Of a DNA stretch of 64,000 nt, positions 46,736-57,360 are shown piece after piece. The translations under genes and the position numbers were made by a program. The DNA comes from Minisyncoccota bacterium (GTDB taxonomy: Bacteria > Patescibacteriota > Minisyncoccia > UBA6257): NCBI GenBank assembly GCA_028694995.1, contig JAQVJU010000002.1, forward strand, positions 2,046 to 66,045. The letters run 5' to 3'. Every line of letters begins with the position of its first letter. The first letter of the stretch is position 1. Below the pieces are notes generated by a model. That model was not told where the DNA came from and searched no databases. It saw nothing but the letters and a program-made list of their open reading frames with translations.

Positions 46736-47911
46736 ATGAGAGTTAGTTATTCTAGTTTAGAAAACTTTAAACAGTGCCCTCTAAAGTATAAATATTCACA
46801 AATAGATAAATTAAAAGAGCCTAAAAGCAAAGAGGCTGTTTTTGGCACTTATATCCACAAAGTTCTTAAATGGTTTTATCAAAAAGACCCTCACTTCCCT
46901 ACTCTAGATGCTTTATTAGATTATTATAAAGAATCTTGGCCTAAAAAATCAGAAGGATTTGAATGGCAAGATCCAGAAGAAGAAAATTCATATTTTAAAG
47001 AAGGAATTAGAATCTTAGAAGAATATTATAAAACTAATATCCCCCACCAGACTTCTATCTTGGATTTGGAAACTAGGTTTGAGGTTACCATAGATGAAGA
47101 TCCAGACAAACCTAATAAAAAACACATTTTAACTGGTATTATTGACCGAATAGATAAATTACCTGATGGGAGAATGGAGATAATAGATTACAAGACTGGT
47201 AAACGAATTGCTTCTCAAAGAGAAACAGATTCTAGTGCCCAATTATCTTTGTATGCTATTGGAGTTAAAAATCGTTGGCCCAGAACAGATTTAAAAAATC
47301 TGTCTTTAAGTTTGTATTTTCTTAAATTTAATGAAAAGATTCAATCTCAAAGAACAGAAGAAGATTTAGAAAAAAGCAAAGAAGAAGTTATTAAAACAAT
47401 TCATAAGATAGAAAAAAGTAGTTTTGAACCCAGGCCATCGCCTTTATGTGGTTGGTGCGGTTATCGGAATATTTGTCCAATTTGGAAACACTTGTATGAA
47501 ATAGAAAATCAAATCAATGGAGAAAATGTTAAAGAAAAAATAGATGAATACTTTAAGCTCAAAGAAAAAAAAGAGAAAATAGAAGAAGAGCTTTGTAATT
47601 TAAAAAATTGCATAGAAGATTATAGCCATGAAAAAGGTCTAAAGAGAGTTTTTGGAGAAAATGGGTATTTTAGTCGTACGGTTCATAACAAAGTTTCATA
47701 CAATAAAAAACAATTAAAAGAAGTATTAGAGCCTTTAGGAAAATGGGAAGAAATCCTAGGCATAGACCAAAAAAGACTAGACAAGGTTTTAAAAGAAATC
47801 CCTCAAGAATTAAGAGATAAGGTAAAAGCAGCTGAGAAAATAGAAAAAAAATATAAATATCTCACTTCAAATAATGTAAGCAAGAAAGAATTAGAAGAAG
47901 AATTAGAATAA
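46736..47911 (+). CDS. PD-(D/E)XK nuclease (RecB/AddB/Cas4-like)
   Basis: SYSSL..FKQCP, GIIDRID, IIDYKTG, QLSLY, CGWCGY..ICP. Confidence 0.85.
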   Translation: MRVSYSSLENFKQCPLKYKYSQIDKLKEPKSKEAVFGTYIHKVLKWFYQKDPHFPTLDALLDYYKESWPKKSEGFEWQDPEEENSYFKEGIRILEEYYKTNIPHQTSILDLETRFEVTIDEDPDKPNKKHILTGIIDRIDKLPDGRMEIIDYKTGKRIASQRETDSSAQLSLYAIGVKNRWPRTDLKNLSLSLYFLKFNEKIQSQRTEEDLEKSKEEVIKTIHKIEKSSFEPRPSPLCGWCGYRNICPIWKHLYEIENQINGENVKEKIDEYFKLKEKKEKIEEELCNLKNCIEDYSHEKGLKRVFGENGYFSRTVHNKVSYNKKQLKEVLEPLGKWEEILGIDQKRLDKVLKEIPQELRDKVKAAEKIEKKYKYLTSNNVSKKELEEELE

Positions 47912-47914
47912 TTA

Positions 47915-48289
47915 TTAATTACACCTAGTATTATAAGTATAGCCATTAGCTTCAGCTTCTTCTCGAGATTTAAAATAGATTTTATTTTCTTCTTTTAAGC
48001 TATTAGCTAAGCTACATTCAACAGGATAATAGTATTTTCCTCGAGAACTGGCTACAAAAGGAAATTCTTTTTGTGCTTCTTTTTTAGCTTCAATTTGAGC
48101 TAATCCTTGTTCTAAATCAAGGATTAATTCTTTTTCAATAATGATTGGCGGACGACTAAGAATATTAGCGCCAAGAATAATTCCTGAGGTAAAAGAAAAA
48201 ACAATAGTCAAAAAAATAAAACTGGAGAGCCAGAAATGCTTTTTGACAAAATCAATAATTTTTGCTAATATTTTTAAACAGTGGGGCAT
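47915..48289 (-). CDS. Membrane-anchored Ada-metal-binding-like domain protein
   Basis: FVASSRGKYYY..C..LKEENKIYF.SREEAEANGY. Confidence 0.7.
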   Translation of the reverse strand: MPHCLKILAKIIDFVKKHFWLSSFIFLTIVFSFTSGIILGANILSRPPIIIEKELILDLEQGLAQIEAKKEAQKEFPFVASSRGKYYYPVECSLANSLKEENKIYFKSREEAEANGYTYNTRCN

Positions 48290-48318
48290 AATATTTAATT
48301 TTTAATTTTTAATACAAT

Positions 48319-48615
48319 ATGGCAAGGACAAAAGCTGGTGGTTCAACAAAATTAGGTAGAGATTCACGTCCAAAAAGTCTTGGTCTTAAGGTAGCTGACG
48401 GTCAAGAAGTAAGAACGGGTAATGTTTTAATCAGACAAAGAGGAACTAAATGGCATCCAGGCACAAATACTGGTCTTGGCGAAGATGATACAATCTTTTC
48501 TCTTAAAGATGGAATTGTAAAGTTTTCAACTAAAAGAAAAAAAAGTTTTACTGGTAAGATTAAAAGAGTTAGCGTGATAAACGTTATTCCTTTGGTTTTA
48601 AAGGAACAGTCTTAA
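48319..48615 (+). CDS. rpmA: 50S ribosomal protein L27
   Basis: KAGGST.LGRDS and IRQRGTK.HPG. Confidence 0.95.
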   Translation: MARTKAGGSTKLGRDSRPKSLGLKVADGQEVRTGNVLIRQRGTKWHPGTNTGLGEDDTIFSLKDGIVKFSTKRKKSFTGKIKRVSVINVIPLVLKEQS

Positions 48616-49048
48616 TTCTAACTTTTAAACTAGCTGATATTTCAGGATAAAGATTTACATTAATTTCATAATCCCCTTGTTCTTTTAAGGGGTTTTTTAA
48701 TTCAATCTGATTTTCTTTTAAAGAGATGCTTTTGTTTTTTAATTCCTCAATGATTTTTTTAGCATTAACAGAGTCATAAGCTTTTTTTCCTTTTTCTGAG
48801 AATTTAAGAGGAATTTCCAATACAAGGTTTTTTAAATCTTCTGCTGTCTTTAGGGCCAGTTCTTTTTCCTGCTTTTCTTTTTGTACTTTTAATTCTTTTT
48901 GCTCAGAAACCTTTTGTACAATTTTCTCATCAGCTCTTTGAGCTAATTTATTGGGAAAGAGATAATTTAAAGCATAACCAATGGCGACTTTTTTAATTTC
49001 TCCTTTTTTTCCTAATTCAGAAACATCTTGTAATAAATAAACTTTCAT
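48584..49048 (-). CDS. rplI: 50S ribosomal protein L9
   Basis: [25 protein letters not shown]. Confidence 0.92.
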   Translation of the reverse strand: MKVYLLQDVSELGKKGEIKKVAIGYALNYLFPNKLAQRADEKIVQKVSEQKELKVQKEKQEKELALKTAEDLKNLVLEIPLKFSEKGKKAYDSVNAKKIIEELKNKSISLKENQIELKNPLKEQGDYEINVNLYPEISASLKVRIKTVPLKPKE

Positions 49049-49057
49049 AATTAATTT

Positions 49058-50359
49058 TTAATTTTGTTCAGGAAGAATAGTTCCTCTGGGCATTATTTGC
49101 AGAGGGGTTATTAATTCATCAATGGCTGCTTGCAATTGATTGTCTTTTGTTGGATCTATCTTAGAATAAGTGCCTAATTCTTCTTGATTTTCTAATTCTA
49201 TCATAATATCTGGCTCTAATCCATTATTCTGGATAATTGTTTCTTTTGGAGTAAGCCAACGAGAGATGGTTATCTTTAAGCTATTATCATCTTTTAAGGT
49301 TACTAATTCTTGAACCGAGCCTTTACCAAATGTCTTAGTGCCAATTAATTTTACTCCCCGATTATCTCTTAAAGCCCCAGCTAATATTTCAGAAGCTGAG
49401 GCAGTACCTTCATTAACTAAAACCACAGTGGGGATATTTTTTAACAAATTTTGAGCTAAACTAACACGAAAAACTTTACTTTCTTCTTTACCAAAATCTT
49501 CTTTAAGAATAATATCTCCATTAGATAAAAACCAGCCGCTAATATTAACCACAGCATCCAAATACCCTCCAGGATTATTGCGTAAATCCAAAACAAGTCC
49601 TTGGGGCTTGGCTCTGGATATTTCCAAAGCTGTTTGGTAAAAATCAATTTTTAAAGGTAGATTAAAATTATAAATCTTTAGATAAGCAATATTGTTTTCT
49701 AACATTTGCCAGCTAACAGTTGGAATTTGAATTTTTTCCCTAGTTAATTCTATTTCTTCTGTTACATTTGTAGAAGGACGATAAGTGGTTAAAGAAACTT
49801 TAGTTCCAGCTTGGCCACGTATTAATTGTGAAGCTTTAGTAGTTGAAAAATTCACTGTTTCTAAATCATTAATTTTTAAAATAATATCATTTGGTTTTAA
49901 ACCAGCTTTTTCAGCTGGAGTGTTTGGCAATGGGGCTACGACTACTAAATAACCATCTTTTTTTCCTATTTCCATGCCAATACCAAAAAACTCTCCTGAT
50001 AATTCATCTGAAAGTTCTTGAGTTTCTTCAGTTGTTAAAAAATCAGAATAAGGATCTTCTAAAGAATTAATCAATCCTTTTGTAGCCCCAATAATCATTT
50101 TTTCAGGATCTAAATCATAACGGTCAACATATTTTTCCAAAACTACTTTCCAAGTGTCCCAAAAAATACCCATATCAGAATCAGGCACAGTAACTGGCGC
50201 TTGTTTGTTAATTATCTTTTCAAAAGGAGAAGGCAGATTTGCTTGCCAGCCCCATTGGGCACCATGCATAAATCCTAAACCCCACATGGCAAGAAACAAA
50301 ACAATGCCTAAGGTTATGAGACCTACTTCTTTAAAGTTTATCTTAGAGTTATTTTTCAT
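49058..50359 (-). CDS. C-terminal processing protease (S41A, CtpA family)
   Basis: PDZ domain, DLRNNPGG, TASASEI, TFGKGSVQ. Confidence 0.92.
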   Translation of the reverse strand: MKNNSKINFKEVGLITLGIVLFLAMWGLGFMHGAQWGWQANLPSPFEKIINKQAPVTVPDSDMGIFWDTWKVVLEKYVDRYDLDPEKMIIGATKGLINSLEDPYSDFLTTEETQELSDELSGEFFGIGMEIGKKDGYLVVVAPLPNTPAEKAGLKPNDIILKINDLETVNFSTTKASQLIRGQAGTKVSLTTYRPSTNVTEEIELTREKIQIPTVSWQMLENNIAYLKIYNFNLPLKIDFYQTALEISRAKPQGLVLDLRNNPGGYLDAVVNISGWFLSNGDIILKEDFGKEESKVFRVSLAQNLLKNIPTVVLVNEGTASASEILAGALRDNRGVKLIGTKTFGKGSVQELVTLKDDNSLKITISRWLTPKETIIQNNGLEPDIMIELENQEELGTYSKIDPTKDNQLQAAIDELITPLQIMPRGTILPEQN

Positions 50360-51746
50360 TTTTTTTCAAAAAATTAATAAATTGATAAGGTAAGTTTGCT
50401 ATTTTTCCAGGGCCAGTGAAGATAACAACATCATTTTTTTTAAGAATACCATAAAGGTTTTTAAATAATTCTGATGAATCATTATTTAAATGAATTTGTG
50501 TTTTTTTAAGAGTTTTTTGTTTTAAGATTTGCTCATATATTATCTTTTCATCGATGCCTTTAATTGGTTTTTCATTAGCTGGATCAATAGGTAATAAGAA
50601 TAAAACATTACAATTTTTTACAGCTAAGGCATATTCTTTGTAAAGAAAGGAGATACGAGAATAACGATGAGGTTCTAGAATTAAAATGATTCTTCTCTTA
50701 CCAAATACCTGATGAGCCATTCTTAAGAGGCTTTTTATTTCTGTTGGATGATGGGCATAATCATCAACGATTGCTATTTTCTGATTATAAACAACACTAA
50801 ACCTTCTTTCAACCCCAGAAAATGTCTTAATGTGTTTTAAAGAATCTTTAAAAGGAATTCCAATAATTTTAGCAATTAAAATAGCCCCTAAGGCATTGTA
50901 AATATTCTCTTTTTCTGGAACAACAAGATGAAGTTTTTCTTCAAATTTTCCTTGAAAATACAAATCAGCAGTTGACTTATTTTTTAGATATTGAATATTC
51001 TTTACTGATAAATCTGTTTTTTTATTAATACCAAAATTAATAATTTGTTTTTTGGTTTTTTTACAAAGAGTTTTTAAGAATTCATCATCATTATTTAAAA
51101 CAATAAAACCTGAAAGGCTTTGTTCAGCAAATATCTGAAAAGCTTTTTTTAAAAGTGAAAAATCAGTTTTATATGGTCCTTGAGCAAATAAATGGTCATT
51201 GTCTACATTAGTAATCAATGGTAGATAAGAAGGGGTTTTTAAAAAAGATTTATCATGTTCATCAGTTTCAATTATTGCATATTCTCCATTTGTCCATTCA
51301 CTACCTAAAGGATAGTCTTTAGTCTTAGCGCCTAAATAAACTATTGGTTTTAGTCCTTGTTTTTTTAAAATATGAGCAGTCATGGCAACAGTAGTGCTTT
51401 TGCCATGAGAACCAGCAATACTAATAATCTTTTTGTCATTTAAAAGCTTTATTAAATAATCAAAACGATTAAAAACAGGGATTTTTTTCTTTTTAGCTTG
51501 TAAAAGTTCAATATTGTTTTTAGGAATTGCTGAAGAATAAACAACAGTTTTTGGTTTTTGAATATTTTCTATCTGATGACCAATAAATATTCTACTTCCT
51601 TTTTGTTCTAATTTCTTTTTAGCTGAAAAATCTTTTTTATCAGATCCTGAAATATAATATCCTTTTTCTAGCAGAAGATTAGCTAAGGCAGTCATGCCTG
51701 AGCCACCTATTCCAATTAAGTGAATATGCTGTTTTTTAATGCTCAT
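50349..51746 (-). CDS. murC: UDP-N-acetylmuramate--L-alanine ligase
   Basis: IGIGGSGM, GSHGKSTT, ETDEHD, DDYAHHPTE, EPHRYSR. Confidence 0.92.
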   Translation of the reverse strand: MSIKKQHIHLIGIGGSGMTALANLLLEKGYYISGSDKKDFSAKKKLEQKGSRIFIGHQIENIQKPKTVVYSSAIPKNNIELLQAKKKKIPVFNRFDYLIKLLNDKKIISIAGSHGKSTTVAMTAHILKKQGLKPIVYLGAKTKDYPLGSEWTNGEYAIIETDEHDKSFLKTPSYLPLITNVDNDHLFAQGPYKTDFSLLKKAFQIFAEQSLSGFIVLNNDDEFLKTLCKKTKKQIINFGINKKTDLSVKNIQYLKNKSTADLYFQGKFEEKLHLVVPEKENIYNALGAILIAKIIGIPFKDSLKHIKTFSGVERRFSVVYNQKIAIVDDYAHHPTEIKSLLRMAHQVFGKRRIILILEPHRYSRISFLYKEYALAVKNCNVLFLLPIDPANEKPIKGIDEKIIYEQILKQKTLKKTQIHLNNDSSELFKNLYGILKKNDVVIFTGPGKIANLPYQFINFLKKNEK

Positions 51747-51841
51747 TTAAGTAATTATATAGTTTTTAAGCTGTTTTTGTCAATTTTGGAATTTATCTTT
51801 TATTGGATAATTAAGTAAAAATAATATAAAATAGGATTAAT

Positions 51842-52399
51842 ATGAAACATCGGATATTTATTGCCTCACATTTGCCTTGTAATGTTAAAAAGGTTTTTTC
51901 AGGATATCAATTAGCTAAATTATCAAATTCTTGTTTTCGTTTAATACCTGAAAAATCAATGCATTTAACCTTAATCTTTATTGGTGATATTTGGAACAAT
52001 GATTTATATAAAGTAATTCAAGCTTGTGAAAATACTGTAAAATCTTTTTTCCCCATTAGAATTGAGATAAATAAAATCACCTATGGTCCGATTATTCATA
52101 ATCCTCGTTTAATCTGGGCCCAAGGTAAAGAATCTGAAGAATTAATTAATTTTCATCAATCTTTGGAAAAAGAATTAATAGATCAAGGAATAAAATTTAA
52201 AAAGGAAAATCGTTTATTCAAACCACATATTACCTTAGCTAGAATTAATAAAGAAAATTGTTTAAATCTACCTTCTGTTTCAGAAATAGAATTGAAAACA
52301 GAAGAATCTTTTAATTTAAATCAAATTTCAATAATTGAAAGTGAATTAACTTCTTCAGGGCCTATTTATACAGACTTAAACAGTTTTTTACTCAAATAA
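51842..52399 (+). CDS. thpR: RNA 2',3'-cyclic phosphodiesterase (2H family)
   Basis: Two HxT motifs, HLTL and PHITLAR. Confidence 0.88.
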   Translation: MKHRIFIASHLPCNVKKVFSGYQLAKLSNSCFRLIPEKSMHLTLIFIGDIWNNDLYKVIQACENTVKSFFPIRIEINKITYGPIIHNPRLIWAQGKESEELINFHQSLEKELIDQGIKFKKENRLFKPHITLARINKENCLNLPSVSEIELKTEESFNLNQISIIESELTSSGPIYTDLNSFLLK

Positions 52400-52408
52400 T
52401 AAGTATTT

Positions 52409-53257
52409 ATGTTTATCTTAGATGTTGTTCCTTTAACTAATATTCCTCTTGGTCAATCTCAGATTTTTTCTTACTTTTCAAAACAAGATGTTAAAAGAGG
52501 TTGTTTGGTTGAAGTTTTTTTAAATCGTAGAAAAGTATTAGCAACAGTTTTAAGATCAGAAAATGTTGTTTCTAGAAAAGCTTTAATTAAAAAATCTAAA
52601 TTTGCTCTTAAACCTATTATAAATGTTATTTCCTTTAAGCCATTAATGCCTCCATTGTTTTTTATTTTAGCTGATTTTATGGCTCGTTATTATTTCTGTT
52701 CTACTTCTTTGGCTATAAAAACAATCTTGCCTTCTAGGATTAAATCTCTTTCTAAGTATCTTGAAAAACTTCCTGATGAAGAATTTCCTGAGTATTTTAA
52801 AATTACAAAACCCTTAGCAAGTAAGGAAATATTAAAAAGACAGAAAGGTAATATTTTTTCAAATGATTTTTCTTTTTTAATTAAAGAAATAAAACAATGT
52901 TTATCTAAAAAACAACAAGTATTGATTTTAGCGCCTACTGTTTTACATCAACAATATTATTTAGATAAAATAAAAACCTCTTTAGAAGAAACAGTTTATA
53001 TTGCTGGTCCTGATTTAAAAGTTAAGGAATTTAACGATTTGTGGAAAAAGATTAACAATCAAGAAGCTTTATTGATTATTGGCAGACGCTCAGCTGTGTT
53101 TTTACCTTGGCAGAATTTAGGATTGATTATTATCATTGATAGCAATAACCCAGCATATAAATCATGGGATCAAAAACCTTATCATAATGCCATTACTTTA
53201 GTAAATTATCTCTCTTTGTATTATCATGCCTCAATCATTGAATATCAAAATTATTAA
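52409..53257 (+). CDS. priA: PriA N-terminal part (3'-DNA-binding domain and degenerate helicase lobe)
   Basis: FSY..G.LVEV.L.RRK, QVLILAP, GRRSAVFLP..NLGLIII; no recognisable Walker A or DExH. Confidence 0.65.
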   Translation: MFILDVVPLTNIPLGQSQIFSYFSKQDVKRGCLVEVFLNRRKVLATVLRSENVVSRKALIKKSKFALKPIINVISFKPLMPPLFFILADFMARYYFCSTSLAIKTILPSRIKSLSKYLEKLPDEEFPEYFKITKPLASKEILKRQKGNIFSNDFSFLIKEIKQCLSKKQQVLILAPTVLHQQYYLDKIKTSLEETVYIAGPDLKVKEFNDLWKKINNQEALLIIGRRSAVFLPWQNLGLIIIIDSNNPAYKSWDQKPYHNAITLVNYLSLYYHASIIEYQNY

Positions 53258-54353
53258 TCCAAGAATTGAACCTCAAAAAGGCTCTGGAAGAAAAAAACCA
53301 CCCTTTCAAGCCTTAGGTTTAGAAACTCTATCAGTAATAGAACAAGCAATTAAGAAAAACAAGAAAATTGCTATTTTTATTAATCGACGAGGATTAGCCA
53401 CTAGTATTATTTGCCAGGAATGCGGATTTGTGCCAAAATGTCCTAATTGTGATATTCCTCTTGGTTTTCATTTACCAGCAATTTTGATTTGTCATCATTG
53501 TGGTTATCAAGCTCCAATGCCTAATACTTGTCCTGCTTGTCAGGGTTATCGCTTAAAACCTTTAGGAATAGGAATGCAAAGGATTGGTGAAGAGCTTAAA
53601 GAATTTATCTCTCCCCTGCCCCAATATGCTTTATTAGAAGGGCAAATGCTTGATAATAAAGAATTAAAAATATTTGATAAATTTAATCAAGGTAAGATAA
53701 AAATCTTAATTGGTACTGAAGCTTTATTAAGGCCTCAATTAGAATCAGCAGATGTAGTTATTGTGGCTTCTATAGATCCATTAATTTTCTTACCTGATTA
53801 TAATAGTGAAGAAAGAGTTTTCCTTTATCTTTTAAGATTAAAAAAGATAGCTAAGGAAAAATTAATTATTCAAACTTTAATTCCAGAAAACAAGATATTT
53901 CAATATTTAGTTAATCAAGAAGAAAAAAAGTTTTTTGAACAAGAAAAAAAATGGCGTCAAAATTATCTTTGGCCACCATTTGTTCAATTGATTAAATTAA
54001 CTCTAATTCATCCTGATGAGAAAAAAGGAGAAAAAGAAGCCTTGGATATCAGGGATAAAATAGATCAAGTCATATTAAAAACAATACCTAAAAACCTTCA
54101 AGGAAGTTTCATTATTCTTGGTCCAGCTCCAGCTTTTATTTTTAAAGAAAAAAAAGTTTATCGTTGGAATATCCTGATAAAATATAAATACATTACTAGT
54201 AAGATATTACAAAACACAAATTCACTATCAGGTCTTAATTCTTTAATGCCTTTGTTAACAAAAGAAGAATTAGATTTGAGAAACAAAGTCTTAAAAACAA
54301 TTTCTTTAAATAAATATTGGCGAGTAGATGTGGACCCTAAAGATACATTATAA
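53226..54353 (+). CDS. priA: PriA C-terminal part (Cys-rich region and CTD)
   Basis: INRRG, four CxxC pairs, ILIGT, PDY, WPPF, LGPAPA, VDVDP. Confidence 0.75.
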   Translation: MPQSLNIKIINPRIEPQKGSGRKKPPFQALGLETLSVIEQAIKKNKKIAIFINRRGLATSIICQECGFVPKCPNCDIPLGFHLPAILICHHCGYQAPMPNTCPACQGYRLKPLGIGMQRIGEELKEFISPLPQYALLEGQMLDNKELKIFDKFNQGKIKILIGTEALLRPQLESADVVIVASIDPLIFLPDYNSEERVFLYLLRLKKIAKEKLIIQTLIPENKIFQYLVNQEEKKFFEQEKKWRQNYLWPPFVQLIKLTLIHPDEKKGEKEALDIRDKIDQVILKTIPKNLQGSFIILGPAPAFIFKEKKVYRWNILIKYKYITSKILQNTNSLSGLNSLMPLLTKEELDLRNKVLKTISLNKYWRVDVDPKDTL

Positions 54354-54361
54354 AAAACATT

Positions 54362-54832
54362 ATGGATTTAATAACAGGTAAAGATAATAAAACATTAAGA
54401 CAAAAAAGCCTTCCAGTTAAGAAAATAGACGCAGAAGTAAGAAGTCTTATAAAAAAGATGACAGTTTTTATGAAGCAGAATAATGGAATTGGTTTAGCAG
54501 CTATTCAAATAGGTGTGCCCTTAAGAGTGATTGTTTGTGAAGTTAATGACAAAGTTTATTCATTAATTAATCCAGAGATTATAAAAACTTCTACTGAGAT
54601 GAATGTTATGGATGAGGGTTGTTTAAGTGTTCCTGATGTTTTTGGCGAAGTGGAAAGACCAGAAAAAATTGTTATCAAGGCAACAACCCCAGAAGGCAAG
54701 AAAATTAAATTCAAAGCCTTTGATTTATTAGCTAGGGTTTTACAACATGAAATGGATCATCTAGATGGTATTCTTTTTACAGACAAGGCTAAAACTACCA
54801 GAGAAGAATTAAACCAAGCTCCAGCTTTATAA
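54362..54832 (+). CDS. def: Peptide deformylase
   Basis: GIGLAAIQ, EGCLS, QHEMDHLDG. Confidence 0.95.
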   Translation: MDLITGKDNKTLRQKSLPVKKIDAEVRSLIKKMTVFMKQNNGIGLAAIQIGVPLRVIVCEVNDKVYSLINPEIIKTSTEMNVMDEGCLSVPDVFGEVERPEKIVIKATTPEGKKIKFKAFDLLARVLQHEMDHLDGILFTDKAKTTREELNQAPAL

Positions 54833-54834
54833 CT

Positions 54835-55785
54835 ATGAATCAATTTATATTCTTTGGCTCATCAGAATTTTCTAAAATTGTTTTAGACAAATTACTTCAA
54901 GCAAAAATGAAGCCAGTTTTAGTAGTGACTAATCAACCAAAACCAAGGGGCAGAAAACAAATCCTTTCCCCTACTCCTGTTAATGTTTTGGCTTTAGAGC
55001 ATAAGATTCCAGTATTATTGCCTGAAATATTAGATGAAGAATTTATAAATCAAATAAAAGAGATAAATCCAGAATTTATTATACTGACAGCTTATGGTAA
55101 AATTATTCCTTCTGAATTATTAGCGATTCCATTAAAAGGGTTTATTAACTTACATCCATCTCTTTTACCAAAATGGCGAGGGGCAACTCCTATTCAATCT
55201 GTCATATTAAACGGAGATATGGAAACTGGGGTGACTTTAATTTTAATGGACGAACAAGTAGACCATGGTCCAATTATTGCTCAATCTGAATTTAAAATTG
55301 ATAATCTAAGATTTAATTCAGAAGAATTATCAGAAAAATTAGCTGTTATCGGGGCTGAGTTAATTATTCAAACTATACCTCAGTATTTAAAAGGAAAAAT
55401 TATTCCTATGGCTCAAGATCATTCCCAAGCAACTTTTTGTAAAAAAATATTACCAGCAGATGAAAGAATTAACTGGCAACAAGATAATATTCAAATAGAT
55501 AGACAAGTCCGTGCCCTTAATCCTGAACCAGGTGCTTATACTAAAGCTATGCATCCTCAAAAATATGAGTTAATATTGAAAATAGTAAAAGGTTATTTGG
55601 AAAATGATGAATCATTAGAAAAACTACCAATAGGAAAAGTTTTTGATTATCAAAATAAAATGGCTGTTAAATGTAAAAAAGGTTTTTATGTTATTGAATT
55701 AATTAAACCTTCTGGTAAACAAACAATGTCCAGCGATGCTTTTCTTAGAGGTAATAATTGGATTTTAAATCAAATATTAAAATGA
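54835..55785 (+). CDS. fmt: Methionyl-tRNA formyltransferase
   Basis: NLHPSLLPKWRGATP and DHGPII. Confidence 0.95.
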   Translation: MNQFIFFGSSEFSKIVLDKLLQAKMKPVLVVTNQPKPRGRKQILSPTPVNVLALEHKIPVLLPEILDEEFINQIKEINPEFIILTAYGKIIPSELLAIPLKGFINLHPSLLPKWRGATPIQSVILNGDMETGVTLILMDEQVDHGPIIAQSEFKIDNLRFNSEELSEKLAVIGAELIIQTIPQYLKGKIIPMAQDHSQATFCKKILPADERINWQQDNIQIDRQVRALNPEPGAYTKAMHPQKYELILKIVKGYLENDESLEKLPIGKVFDYQNKMAVKCKKGFYVIELIKPSGKQTMSSDAFLRGNNWILNQILK

Positions 55786-56789
55786 TTGAAACATCAAAAA
55801 AATCTTATCTGGTAATAATCTCAGCTATTTTTATAATTCTTATCCTGGCGATAACAGTTAATCTAGGTATAAAAAGAAATGGTTCTTTAACTTCTTCTGT
55901 CATACAATTTGAGCCAGAGATTATTACAGAAAATAATGTTAAAAATCATCAGGAGATAAGTTTTGATATTCCCTTACATATTAATTTAACTAACTTTTAT
56001 AAATCTTATGGAGAACGGCTTTTAGGTAATGATAAAGTTAGAATTATCAGTCGAGAACAATGGAAAGCTGATAATCGTTATGCTGATATGAATTTTATAG
56101 AAAAATATTGTGAAGATAATTTTTGTTATTCAGAAGTTTATGATGCCGAAGATAGTTTTTCTCAACAAGAATATTGGACAGCAAAAGAATTGGCTTTGAA
56201 TTATAAACAGAATTTTCAGTTAACTGATAGTTTTTTTCTCCAAAGCCAGGAAAAAGAAAATAAATTAAAATATCATTATCTGCCTGTGGAAGAAATAATT
56301 ATTCATCATACAGCAGGTAGCTTTACCTTAGAATTTGAAGATTCAAAAAAAGAAATTCAAAGAATTTATTTAATGCAAGCAGTGCAGAGAAAATGGCAAG
56401 ATATTGGTTATCATTACTTGATTGATGGCGCTGGTCGTGTTTTTGAAGGTAATTTAGGGGGTAAATATGCTATTGGCATTCATACTTATGGCCATAATAA
56501 TGCCACTCTTTCCATTGCTTTAATGGGTGATTTTCGTCCTGGATATAATGAATTCAATAATGTAATGCAAGCATCTTTAATAAACCTAATACAATATTTA
56601 ACAGAAGAATATCAATTTGATTTATCAAAACAAGAGTTTTCTTTAAGAAAGATAGATTTATCTGGTCGGGAAAAAACTGAAAACTTTATTAAAGGTCATC
56701 AAGAAGTAGATTTAAAACAAGAGCCAACTGAATGCCCTGGTGTTGATCCTGAATATTTAAGAAATTTAATTTACCCTTACTTATTCTAA
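55782..56789 (+). CDS. Membrane-anchored type-2 N-acetylmuramoyl-L-alanine amidase (PGRP-like)
   Basis: IISREQW, IIHHTA, WQDIGYHYLID, GHQE, TECPG. Confidence 0.85.
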   Translation: MIETSKKSYLVIISAIFIILILAITVNLGIKRNGSLTSSVIQFEPEIITENNVKNHQEISFDIPLHINLTNFYKSYGERLLGNDKVRIISREQWKADNRYADMNFIEKYCEDNFCYSEVYDAEDSFSQQEYWTAKELALNYKQNFQLTDSFFLQSQEKENKLKYHYLPVEEIIIHHTAGSFTLEFEDSKKEIQRIYLMQAVQRKWQDIGYHYLIDGAGRVFEGNLGGKYAIGIHTYGHNNATLSIALMGDFRPGYNEFNNVMQASLINLIQYLTEEYQFDLSKQEFSLRKIDLSGREKTENFIKGHQEVDLKQEPTECPGVDPEYLRNLIYPYLF

Positions 56790-56802
56790 CAAGAACATTC
56801 AG

Positions 56803-57360
56803 TTATTCTTTAAATACATTTGCTTGATATTGATAAATCTCAAAATCAATATTTTTCCAACAATCTTCTTTCATTCCAGCTTTGGAGCATAAATGTGAAA
56901 GAAATTCTTCAGGAGTTTTCAAATCTTCCCAAACTTGAGGTAAAAAGGTAGCTTGATGAGCTCCTTTTTTAATTAAGATTCCTGGTTGGTTTTTCTTCAA
57001 ATGCTTGATTAAACCTTCATTATTAGAAAAACCTATTTTTTTCAAAGGTTCAATAATAGAGATTTCTATCTTAATTTTATTTAATTCTTCTTTTTTAACA
57101 GGTAAAAAACGAGAATCAAATAAAGCACTAGCTAAACTGTTTTCAATTACCATTTCAAAAATTGGCTTGATGCCTTCAAGGCAACCAACACAACCCCTTA
57201 AAGTTTCATTTTCCCAAAGAGAGATAAAAACTCCTTTTTTCTCTTTTAAAGAATCTGATAAATCATCTATTTCTATTTGTAAAATATCCTTGTTTTGAAA
57301 ATATTTCTCAAGGGTTCTTCGTGCTAATTCTAAAAGATATTTTTTATCCTTTTGTTTCAT
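56803..57360 (-). CDS. amrA: AmmeMemoRadiSam system protein A (AMMECR1)
   Basis: LRGCVG, DSRF, ATFLPQVW, LCSKAG; start moved to ATG 57360. Confidence 0.9.
   Translation of the reverse strand: MKQKDKKYLLELARRTLEKYFQNKDILQIEIDDLSDSLKEKKGVFISLWENETLRGCVGCLEGIKPIFEMVIENSLASALFDSRFLPVKKEELNKIKIEISIIEPLKKIGFSNNEGLIKHLKKNQPGILIKKGAHQATFLPQVWEDLKTPEEFLSHLCSKAGMKEDCWKNIDFEIYQYQANVFKE

Noticed and set aside
46736-47911. Cas4 or a CRISPR adaptation gene
   Set aside because: Solo PD-(D/E)XK nuclease with no cas1/cas2 or array; more likely a repair nuclease.
48584-48615. 32-nt convergent overlap of rpmA and rplI
   Set aside because: Most simply explained by genome compaction; the overlapping tails are non-conserved extensions.
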